DNA of 10,817 nt from Candidatus Krumholzibacteriia bacterium (GTDB lineage Bacteria; Krumholzibacteriota; Krumholzibacteriia; WVZY01). Numbering within the stretch: position 1 is the first letter of the stretch; each line of letters opens with the position of its first letter. This document shows positions 1-10,005 of the stretch, piece after piece. Made by a program: the position numbers and the translations under genes. Below the pieces are notes generated by a model that was not told where the DNA came from, made no database searches, and was given only the letters and a program-made list of their open reading frames with translations. The stretch is taken from positions 1 to 10,817 of the forward strand of contig JAZGDW010000157.1 in the NCBI GenBank assembly GCA_036478295.1, given 5' to 3'.

Positions 1-2
1 TC

Positions 3-803
<801 letters not shown>

Positions 804-1232
804 CGCTTTTCGGTTACTACCAGGTGAATGCCGCTTCCGTAACCGACGAATACTTCAACCGGGAAGACGTAGAAGATCTCAAAATCTCCCACATAAGCCA
901 GAGCGAATTCAAAATCCGTTGCGTCGTAGACGTCTCGAACCATCCTGCGACGGTTCGTTTTCGTCCGCCTAGTATCAACGACGTAGTTTCCGGTCCGCCT
1001 GTCAAGCCATGCATACTTGACCTGAACTCGGACTAGACTGCCATCTACGTCGAAGGCTAGGTCGTATGGCAACCGATCGCCCAGAGGTTTCAGGACACCC
1101 CAGCCATGCTTGAGCGCCTGAAGAACCGCTGCCTGCTCGGCCAAATCTCCCTTGAGTTTCGTATTCATCCCGATCCTGCTGGTTGAGCCCAACGAGCTAC
1201 CAGACTGCTCCACCCCGCGTCAAGGTTTCGCT

Positions 1233-1261
1233 AATGTATACGGACTCCGGCGGAATGTCAA
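1233..1261 (-). promoter_or_regulatory. sigma70-type promoter of tRNA-fMet
   Basis: TTGACA (1261-1256), 17-nt spacer, TACATT (1238-1233), ending 13 nt upstream of the mature tRNA 5' end. Confidence 0.8.
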
Positions 1262-1366
1262 GAGCCCAGAATGAGATTATTGAGCCCCCTGCCTGCTTGG
1301 AGTAAGCGGACCTCAGCGCCGACGGCCTGTGCCGAGAGAGCGTCCCCGCTGCCGGAGCGAAGATCT

Positions 1367-3186
<1,820 letters not shown>

Positions 3187-3274
3187 GCTAAATTGGCCGG
3201 CCGCATGAGCAGCGTCTACGCCGCGCGCCGGACGGCGTTGCCGGTGTGGAGAATCCGAACGCAATGAGAATCCA

Positions 3275-3850
3275 GTGGTAAGAGAAGAGGACAAGCAACT
3301 CATTCTCCGCGCCAGGAAGGGCGACGAGCGGGCGTTCCGGGCGCTCCTGGTCAAGTACGAACGCGCGGTGTTCAGCATCTGCCTGCGCATGGTTCGTAAC
3401 CGGGAGCAGGCCGAGGACCTGGCGCAGGAGTCCTTCATGAAGGTCTTCGCGATGTTGGAGCGGTACAATCCCTCCTACGCGTTTTCCAGCTGGCTCTTCA
3501 AGATCACGTCCAACCTGTGTATCGATTCCATCCGCAAGCGCAAGCTCGAGACCCTGCCGCTGGACCAGCCCATACAGAGCGCCGCCGGGGAATTCTCGCG
3601 CCAGTACGAGTCGCGCGAGGACAACCCCGAGAAGACGATGATAGGCCGGGAGAAGATGGAGCGTCTCAAGGAGGCCATCGAGAGCCTGCCCCCCCATTAC
3701 CGGATCATGATCCTGCTTCGGCACCAGCAGGATCTCTCCTACGAGGAGATCGCGGAAACGCTCGAAGTGCCGCTCGGCACGGTCAAGGCCCGCATTCACC
3801 GGGCGCGGGAAATGCTCAAGAACCGGTTGGCCGGAGAGGATATGTTGTAA
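3275..3850 (+). CDS. ECF RNA polymerase sigma factor, SigW/RpoE-like
   Basis: Region 2 (GDERAF...AEDLAQESFMKV...FSSWLFKITSNLCID) and region 4 (LPPHYR...LSYEEIAETLEVPLGTVKARIHRAR). GTG start. Confidence 0.95.
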   Translation: MVREEDKQLILRARKGDERAFRALLVKYERAVFSICLRMVRNREQAEDLAQESFMKVFAMLERYNPSYAFSSWLFKITSNLCIDSIRKRKLETLPLDQPIQSAAGEFSRQYESREDNPEKTMIGREKMERLKEAIESLPPHYRIMILLRHQQDLSYEEIAETLEVPLGTVKARIHRAREMLKNRLAGEDML

Positions 3851-3999
3851 TATTATGTGTAACAATGAATTATGAGAGAAGACGAGCTCAGAGCTCGGTG
3901 CGAGTGAGGGGAAGGCGATTTTGACCGCATCTTTTGGGGGGAATATCCGTAATTAATTACAGGTGACCGCAATGTCCAGAGAACACCGCATTTTTTTGT

Positions 4000-4025
4000 T
4001 GAAACAGAGGGCGGAGTTATTCGTA
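4000..4025 (+). promoter_or_regulatory. ECF (SigW-type) promoter TGAAAC-N16-CGTA upstream of the anti-sigma gene
   Basis: TGAAAC 4000-4005, 16-nt spacer, CGTA 4022-4025, preceded by a T7 tract. It ends 26 nt before ATG 4052. Confidence 0.8.
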
Positions 4026-4051
4026 ATAGACAAGCAAAAACGTGACTCACC

Positions 4052-4690
4052 ATGAAATGTAAAGACGCATATGCCTTGATCCAGGATCTCATCGACGGTC
4101 GCCTGAGCACCCGCGACACCGAGCCGCTGGAGCGGCATCGTTCGAAGTGCGCCCGGTGCGCGAGCGAGTTGAGGACCTACCAGGCCCTGACCGCGCTCAT
4201 GGATGACATGAGGCCCGAGACCCCGCCCCGGGGGTTTGCGGACCGCGTGATTGTGGGGCTGAAGGCCACGGGCCGCATCGCAGAGACGGCGGCGGTCCGG
4301 CGGGTCGGGGTGCGGTGGCTCAGGACCCGGTCACGGGTGGCGCTGGCCTCGGCCATGCTGTGCCTGGTAGCGCTGTCGCTTTTTCCGGCGACCATTCAAC
4401 CGCTGACCGGTCTGGCGGGCAAGGGCGCGGTTGTGGTGACGGGTGCCTTGGTGGCGGTTCAGGACTGGCTAGCTAGCGGGAATGCCATCACGAGGGTCGT
4501 CGACAATGTGGAAAAGAACCTGCGAACGGTAAAGACCGTCCTCCACGCGGGTTTCTCTGTCGTCTCCACGGCCGGTGATGTGCTGATGCTACCGGCGCTG
4601 TTTATTCTTCTCATGTTGACCGTGGGTGGGGCGTGGTACGCCCGGGTCAATCACAGGGGGAGCACGGGGCATGCATCATTCTCGTTTTGA
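4052..4690 (+). CDS. Zinc-finger (ZAS, zf-HC2) membrane anti-sigma factor, RsiW-like
   Basis: N-terminal MKC...LIDGRL...HRSKCARC (C...HxxxCxxC), PPRGFADRVI and at least two hydrophobic segments. It lies downstream of the ECF sigma. Confidence 0.9.
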   Translation: MKCKDAYALIQDLIDGRLSTRDTEPLERHRSKCARCASELRTYQALTALMDDMRPETPPRGFADRVIVGLKATGRIAETAAVRRVGVRWLRTRSRVALASAMLCLVALSLFPATIQPLTGLAGKGAVVVTGALVAVQDWLASGNAITRVVDNVEKNLRTVKTVLHAGFSVVSTAGDVLMLPALFILLMLTVGGAWYARVNHRGSTGHASFSF

Positions 4691-5813
4691 GAAGGCCGGC
4701 CTGGTATGCGCCGCTCTGCTTCTCGGTGCGCTTTTTCTTCCTTCCGATATATCGGCACAATCTGAAGACAGCGTTGCTGTCGATGAGAAGCCGCGCTCCA
4801 GACATTCCCTCAGCATCAAGATCGACGAACACGGCATCCGTATCGAAGACACCAGGGAGTCGCCCACGGACAGCGTTGGGGCGGGGAGTCGGCGTGTCGA
4901 GGCGGGCACCACCGGCGTGCGCCGCTATCGCGAGCTGGGCACGGACATCGTCCGCTTCGGTGAAGACATTTACGTGGAGTACGGCGACCTGGTGGGCGGC
5001 GACATCGTGGTTTTCGGCGGCGATGTAACGGTCAAGGGAAAGGTCATCGGTAATATAGTGGTGATGGCCGGGGACGCCGAGATTCTCTCCGGCGCGGAGG
5101 TCGGCGGCGATGTGGTGGTGCTGGGCGGGACGCTGTTCGAGGAACCCGATGTCATCATTCACGGAGAGCGGGTAGAGTTCGACGATATATCCATCAGCTT
5201 TCCCCATTTCTTTGCCGGGCGCCGACCGTTCGTCAGCTTCTTCTGCGTGCCGGTTGCGTTCTTCATCTGCGTAATTCTCTCTTTTATCATTGTCCTGTTT
5301 CTCAGGGATCGCGTGCTCCGCAGCCAGGAACACGCGGCTGCCGGCGTGCTCAAGTGTTTCGGTACCGGGTTTCTGGTGCTGTTCGTCGGTAGCATCGTCG
5401 TACCCATCATCTGCTGCATTTTGATTATCACAATTATCGGGTCGCCTCTGGCGGGAATGCTCGTCGTGAGCTGTATCGCTGTCTGGATCATGTCCCGCAC
5501 CGTCGCGGCGTACGCAATCGGCGTCAAGGTCAACAAGAAGATAAACCTGCAGACACAAAACCCCTTCGCCATCGTCCTCGTGGGGACGTCCATCCTCTTC
5601 ATACCCGCACTAGTTGGAGTGGGTATTTCACTATGGCCCCTGGGCAGTGCGCCTGGATTTCTGTTCATCGTGCTGGGCCTGCTCATCGGTCTGTTTGCCG
5701 ACCTCGTCGGGCTGGGCGCGATCTTCGTGAGCCGTTTCGGGAACAAGGGTTGCGCGACACTGCCGGCGCCAGCCGCCTCCGACACCCCGCCCTTACCCGA
5801 GCCAGGTGCGTAA
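4671..5813 (+). CDS. Membrane protein with signal peptide, bactofilin-like (polymer-forming cytoskeletal) beta-helix domain and multi-TM C-terminal domain
   Basis: ATG 4671 follows GGGGAG and overlaps the anti-sigma 3' end by 20 nt. Signal-like GLVCAALLLGALFLPSDISA, then repeats GDIVVFGGDVTVKGKVIGNIVVMAGDAEILSGAEVGGDVVVLGG, then about 5-6 hydrophobic helices. Confidence 0.75.
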   Translation: MHHSRFEKAGLVCAALLLGALFLPSDISAQSEDSVAVDEKPRSRHSLSIKIDEHGIRIEDTRESPTDSVGAGSRRVEAGTTGVRRYRELGTDIVRFGEDIYVEYGDLVGGDIVVFGGDVTVKGKVIGNIVVMAGDAEILSGAEVGGDVVVLGGTLFEEPDVIIHGERVEFDDISISFPHFFAGRRPFVSFFCVPVAFFICVILSFIIVLFLRDRVLRSQEHAAAGVLKCFGTGFLVLFVGSIVVPIICCILIITIIGSPLAGMLVVSCIAVWIMSRTVAAYAIGVKVNKKINLQTQNPFAIVLVGTSILFIPALVGVGISLWPLGSAPGFLFIVLGLLIGLFADLVGLGAIFVSRFGNKGCATLPAPAASDTPPLPEPGA

Positions 5814-5925
5814 GCCCGCAGCGTGGCTGGTACCGGCAGTCGCTCGTAAGCCCGAATTTCGTCTTTGCAAAGACCCCCTTGGTGCGTAATGTACCCACAT
5901 GTGTTCGCCCGGAAGTCGGTTGATC

Positions 5926-7215
5926 ATGCGTGGTGGTTTCGCCCTCCTCATTCTCCTCATCGCGTCTACAGGATACGCGGACATCGTCGATGACAGCGAC
6001 ATCGCCGGCGCGTACGGCACCGTGGTTGATTCCATCGTCGTGACCGGCAACCGGAACACCAAGGGTTATGTACTGCTTCGCGAGATGGAAACGCGCCCCG
6101 GCGACGTCCTCGACCCGGAGATTATGAGGCGCGACCTGCGTTTCATTTCCGATCTGAGCCCGTTCGCGACCGTCACGGTGCGGGCGGATTCACTCGCACC
6201 GGGGCACTCCGCGTTGCGCATCAGCGTTACCGAGCGCTCGAACTTGTTTCTCAAGTCCATATTGCCGTTTGTCAAGTTTGACTTCGAGAAAGGGCTCACC
6301 TACGGGGCGCGCTGGCGGGACAAGAACTTTCGCGGTCGGCTCGAGCAGCTGAGCTTGAATTACCAGCGCAACGAGCGGGACGACGAGAGGATCTCGCTCA
6401 GTTGGAGCACACCCTGGATCGGGTGGAAGCACATCTCTCTGGGCGGGCGGGTCGCTTTTTTTAACCGGGGCGACACGCCGCCCGAGTTCACGGTCCATGA
6501 AAACCTCGGAATCAGCGGCTTCGTCGCTCTGCCGCTGACGGAGAGCCGGATCCGGTTTTCCCAGGTGCGGTTCATCCTGTCGCTCGACAAGAGCCGGCTC
6601 GCCGGTGGTGGGGAACCCATTGTGCGGGAAGTGGTTCTGTCTCCACAGTTCGGCTACCGCTTTGACGGCAGGGACAGTCCTTTGCGGCCCGAGACCGGCG
6701 CCGTGGTTGATTTTGCCGTAGGGGCCAGCCTGCCGCTCGACCGTGACATCGACACGTTTTACCATTTGAGAAACGAGTCGAAGCTGTTTCTCCACGTGAC
6801 CCAGCGATCGACGATCGGTCTGTTGTCCAATGTGCTCTACCAGTTCGGGCACGTCCCCGAGTTCTCGCTCGTCAAGCTCGGAGGCGCCGGTTCGCTGCGC
6901 GGCCATCCCGACGCCCGTTTCTCGGGATTTCACCGGTGGTTTCAGACCATCGAGTGGCGCTACCTCTACCTGCCGCGGAAGGTCTTCCACATCCCGTTGG
7001 TGAAACAGTTCGACGTCTCGCTCGTCTTCGTCACGTTTGTCGACGGCGGCATCGTTTGGCGTCACGCCTCGGAGTTCGACGAAGAAAACTTCCATGGTAC
7101 CGCCGGCGTCGGGATTCGTTTCTATTCGCCGCTGCGCGACGTCGTGCGTCTCGATTTTGGGTCGAACACGAGAGGCGACGCGAGGTTTCACTTCGAGACC
7201 GGAATCCGTTTCTGA
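5926..7215 (+). CDS. Omp85 (BamA/TamA) family outer membrane protein with a single POTRA domain
   Basis: Signal peptide MRGGFALLILLIASTGYA; POTRA motif IVVTGNRNTK..VLLREM...PGD...ISVTER; loop motif LGGAGSLRGHP; FVDGG; GVGIRFYSPL..VRLDFG; C-terminal Phe (FETGIRF). The alternative start is 5899. Confidence 0.88.
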   Translation: MRGGFALLILLIASTGYADIVDDSDIAGAYGTVVDSIVVTGNRNTKGYVLLREMETRPGDVLDPEIMRRDLRFISDLSPFATVTVRADSLAPGHSALRISVTERSNLFLKSILPFVKFDFEKGLTYGARWRDKNFRGRLEQLSLNYQRNERDDERISLSWSTPWIGWKHISLGGRVAFFNRGDTPPEFTVHENLGISGFVALPLTESRIRFSQVRFILSLDKSRLAGGGEPIVREVVLSPQFGYRFDGRDSPLRPETGAVVDFAVGASLPLDRDIDTFYHLRNESKLFLHVTQRSTIGLLSNVLYQFGHVPEFSLVKLGGAGSLRGHPDARFSGFHRWFQTIEWRYLYLPRKVFHIPLVKQFDVSLVFVTFVDGGIVWRHASEFDEENFHGTAGVGIRFYSPLRDVVRLDFGSNTRGDARFHFETGIRF

Positions 7216-7481
7216 CCGGGTGCCCGGGCGATCCGTTACCATCCAAATTGTGTCAAGACCTGGGTGACGTTCCCCATCCGGGGTGCGGGGAGTGGGGCAA
7301 TGTTCCCAGCATCGGGGCTTCGCTGACCTGCCATTGCGGTCTTATCGCTCGCGGCGTTGATTTTTCTCGACCTCGGTACGACGCCGCGCGTTCCGCTTCG
7401 GCTTGTGTGTCAAAAGGATAGACGCACCGTCCCGTCACGATGCCCGGTCGCGCTCCGCCGATCTCTCGTGACGGTCGGTCG

Positions 7482-7497
7482 GGGAACATCGGTTGCA
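7482..7497 (+). promoter_or_regulatory. Possible sigma54 (-24/-12) promoter for the metalloprotease gene
   Basis: GGGAACATCGGTTGCA has GG-N10-GC spacing and a TTGCA -12 box. A near-palindrome TGTGTC-N9-GACGCA lies upstream at 7406-7426. Confidence 0.4.
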
Positions 7498-7602
7498 GTA
7501 ACCCGGGCTGGAGGTGCTTGGAGTTAAGAGCTACAAATAGAACTATATCTTACAAGAGACTGGCTCCAACGGAGACCCGACCCACATCACCCGGTGACCA
7601 TC

Positions 7603-8664
7603 ATGTACGCGAAGTCCAGGAATCCCACCAGCACACGCGCAATCGTTCTGGTGGGATTTGTGTTTCTAGTGGGGGCGCACGCCCCCGCTGTGCGGGCCGC
7701 GGAGGCTGCGTTCACCGTTGACCTGTCCAACGGGATTTCGGCACGGATATTTACCCCCGAGTACCTCATGATCCGCACCACGTACAACGGGAGCCGGGGC
7801 ACCATCACCCTCGCCAACGGCGATCGTCTGGACGTCATTACCGATATTAATGACCCGGTGATTGCCAACAAAGGTGACGGTGCGTTCCATCCCTTCGCCG
7901 TCGACCAGGTTGTCGAACTTCTTGGAGAGATTGCCTATCCCGAGCTCAGCCTCGACGTCGAAGTTTACCTGTTGCCGTTTCCGCGTGCGGACATCCCTGT
8001 CAGCTCCACTCTCGGCAGGCGTCTGTACCTCAGCCCTCAGGTGTACGAGGTTCCGCGGTCCACCGCCGCCTACATCATCGCGCACGAGATGGGGCACGTG
8101 TTTCAAGAGCGCTACTTTCCCGTGCGGGTACGGGACGGGTGGCAAGGCTACCGGCGTATTCGCGACATCGAAGACGGGGAGCGTTATTCCAGCCAGGCGT
8201 CTCACGCCGACCGTCCACGCGAGATATTCGCGGAGGATTTTCGTGTGCTCTTCGGGGGACCGAGTGCCTATTTCAACGGCTACGTGGAGAACATGGATCT
8301 GATCTCGCCCGAACTGGTGCCTGATTTGAAGGGCTTTTTCGTTGCGCTCAGGCCCGTCCTCTCCGGCGGCTCCAACATCATAAGAGTGGGCAATTACCCG
8401 AACCCGTTCAACCCGGAGACGGTGGTTCGCGTGGAGCTCGACGTGGATTTTCTTGCACGCGGCGAATTGCTGACGATCCGCGTTTACGACGTGCGCGGTG
8501 CATTGGTCCGTGAGTTGTACGGCGGGCGGCCGACAGGCCTCGAGGTACGGGTACGGTGGGACGGGCGGGACCGGAACGGCACCGAGGTGGCGAGCGCGAC
8601 GTACTTCGCCGTCGCGCGGGTGGGAAATGACATGGTCAGCCGCAAGCTGCTCATGATCAAGTAG
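7603..8664 (+). CDS. Secreted putative zinc metallopeptidase (HEXXH) with C-terminal FlgD-Ig/T9SS-like sorting domain
   Basis: Signal-like AIVLVGFVFLVGAHAPAVRA; IAHEMGHVF; downstream EIFAEDF (possible third ligand); C-terminal NYPNPFNPET...IRVYDVRGALVREL...WDGRDRNG..VASATYF...RKLLMIK. The start is 7603 (ATG) or 7594 (GTG). Confidence 0.8.
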   Translation: MYAKSRNPTSTRAIVLVGFVFLVGAHAPAVRAAEAAFTVDLSNGISARIFTPEYLMIRTTYNGSRGTITLANGDRLDVITDINDPVIANKGDGAFHPFAVDQVVELLGEIAYPELSLDVEVYLLPFPRADIPVSSTLGRRLYLSPQVYEVPRSTAAYIIAHEMGHVFQERYFPVRVRDGWQGYRRIRDIEDGERYSSQASHADRPREIFAEDFRVLFGGPSAYFNGYVENMDLISPELVPDLKGFFVALRPVLSGGSNIIRVGNYPNPFNPETVVRVELDVDFLARGELLTIRVYDVRGALVRELYGGRPTGLEVRVRWDGRDRNGTEVASATYFAVARVGNDMVSRKLLMIK

Positions 8665-8697
8665 CCGTTGTACCGACCGATGCGGCGGCATAACGGC
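8664..8697. terminator. Stem-loop between the convergent metalloprotease and rlmN genes
   Basis: Outer stem GCCGTTGT/ATAACGGC with inner CCG-A-CCG/CGG-CGG pairing. There is no U-tract. Confidence 0.35.
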
Positions 8698-8740
8698 CGA
8701 TGCGGCGGCGGACATGCCTGTGGAAGAACCCGCTCCCTCC

Positions 8741-9922
8741 CTATCCTGAATCGCGGGATTCTTGCACAGGCCTCTTTGTGCGTGCCAGGCTCTGTGTCCA
8801 CAGCTGCCCGCACGCGGCATCGATATCGGGGCCCTTGCTGCGCCGCACGGTGACCGTTGGCGCGTCTGGCAGGAGCGTGCGGACGAATCGATCGATCTCC
8901 TCGTCGCTGATGCTCTCGAAACGACCTTCCTTGTCCGGATTATAGGGGATGAGGTTGAGTTTGAAAGGTCGGCCTCTCACCAGTTTGCCGAGAAGCCGGG
9001 CGTCTTCGCGCGACGTGTTGACACCGTGCAAGAGCACGTACTCGATCGTCACGCGCCTCCCACTCCTATCGTGGAAATAGGCCGCCGCGGCGAGGATTTC
9101 TTCTAAGGAATGGCGGGAGAGTGCGGGCATCAACTGCCGGCGCTTCTCGTCGCTCGACGCGTTGAGGGACACGGCCAGCGAGCACCGCAACCGCTCGTCG
9201 GCCAGGCTCCGGATGCGGCCCACGAGGCCCGCGGTGGAGACGGTTATCCTCCGGCTCCCCATGTCGAGTCCTTCGGGGTCGTTGAGTACCCGGATCGCCT
9301 TGACCACCGAGTGATAATTCAAAAGCGGCTCGCCCATACCCATGAAGACGACGTGGATTTTCCCGGCGTCCTCTCCAGTCTCGCCTTTCAGGTGGCAAAC
9401 CTGATCGAGAATCTCTCCGCTGGTCAGGTTGCGCCCGAACACTCCCATGCCGGTCTGGCAGAAGACGCAGTCCAGCGGGCAGCCCACCTGGCTAGATACG
9501 CACACGGTGGCGCGCTTGCCGTGACGCATGAGCACCGATTCCACCAATGACCCGTCGGACAGCTCGAAGAGAAACTTGCGGGTCGCGTCGACGTTTGATG
9601 TTTGTATCGACACGACCTGCGAGGCGTGTACGACGGCTTCCCTATCGAGGCTCTCTCGAAAGGCCAGCGGCAGGTCGGTCATGCTCAACAGGTCGTTGGC
9701 CAGCTTGCAGTAGAGCCAGGATACGAGCTGGCGGTACCGATACGCGGGCACGTGGTGGCCCGTCACGAACTCGCGCAACTCGAGGAGACTGAGATCACGG
9801 AGATGGATCTTGGACTCTTTGGGTGCAGGTTCTGTTTGCGGCGACACGCGATACCCCCGGAATTGCGAAACTGATCCACCCGAACCGAGGTGGGGCAACG
9901 AGGCAGGGGCGGACCGTAACAT
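8741..9922 (-). CDS. rlmN: Dual-specificity 23S rRNA m2A2503 / tRNA m2A37 radical SAM methyltransferase
   Basis: Motifs RKFLFEL.DG..VESV, CVSSQVGCPLDCVFC (CxxxCxxC), FMGMGEP, RRITVST, LAVSLNA, IEYVL, NLIPYN and DIDAACGQL. The start is uncertain and may be a downstream GTG. Confidence 0.96.
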   Translation of the reverse strand: MLRSAPASLPHLGSGGSVSQFRGYRVSPQTEPAPKESKIHLRDLSLLELREFVTGHHVPAYRYRQLVSWLYCKLANDLLSMTDLPLAFRESLDREAVVHASQVVSIQTSNVDATRKFLFELSDGSLVESVLMRHGKRATVCVSSQVGCPLDCVFCQTGMGVFGRNLTSGEILDQVCHLKGETGEDAGKIHVVFMGMGEPLLNYHSVVKAIRVLNDPEGLDMGSRRITVSTAGLVGRIRSLADERLRCSLAVSLNASSDEKRRQLMPALSRHSLEEILAAAAYFHDRSGRRVTIEYVLLHGVNTSREDARLLGKLVRGRPFKLNLIPYNPDKEGRFESISDEEIDRFVRTLLPDAPTVTVRRSKGPDIDAACGQLWTQSLARTKRPVQESRDSG

Positions 9923-9924
9923 TT

Positions 9925-10005
9925 TGCCGTAGTCATTATTATAAATGGTATGTTATTGCTTTGATATAAGAAACCGCTCGTTGCCAAGTGTTGAGACAAG
10001 TAACC
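9925..10005. promoter_or_regulatory. AT-rich divergent promoter region (rlmN / response regulator)
   Basis: Minus-strand TATAAT at 9943-9938 and plus-strand extended -10-like TGaTATAAG at 9962-9970. No clear -35 boxes. Confidence 0.45.

Noticed and set aside
1169..1213. ORF-track N-terminal extension of the endonuclease (MEQSGSSLGSTSRIG)
   Set aside because: It starts at a GTG inside the tRNA 5' exon. Family similarity begins at ATG 1168, which has its own AGGA.
3188..3865. 225-aa minus-strand ORF
   Set aside because: Antisense shadow of the ECF sigma gene.
5809..5854. 10-bp direct repeat CGTAAGCCCG (two copies) after the membrane protein stop
   Set aside because: Two short copies are not a CRISPR array, and there is no mobile-element context; likely chance or a small duplication.
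7228..7256. Minus-strand TTGACA at 7256-7251 as an antisense promoter
   Set aside because: There is no acceptable -10 box at 16-18 nt spacing.
4647..8820. Long minus-strand ORFs 4647-5558, 5159-5785, 6190-7242 and 7666-8820
   Set aside because: Each mirrors a well-supported plus-strand gene and has no motifs; such frames are expected from GC-rich codon bias.
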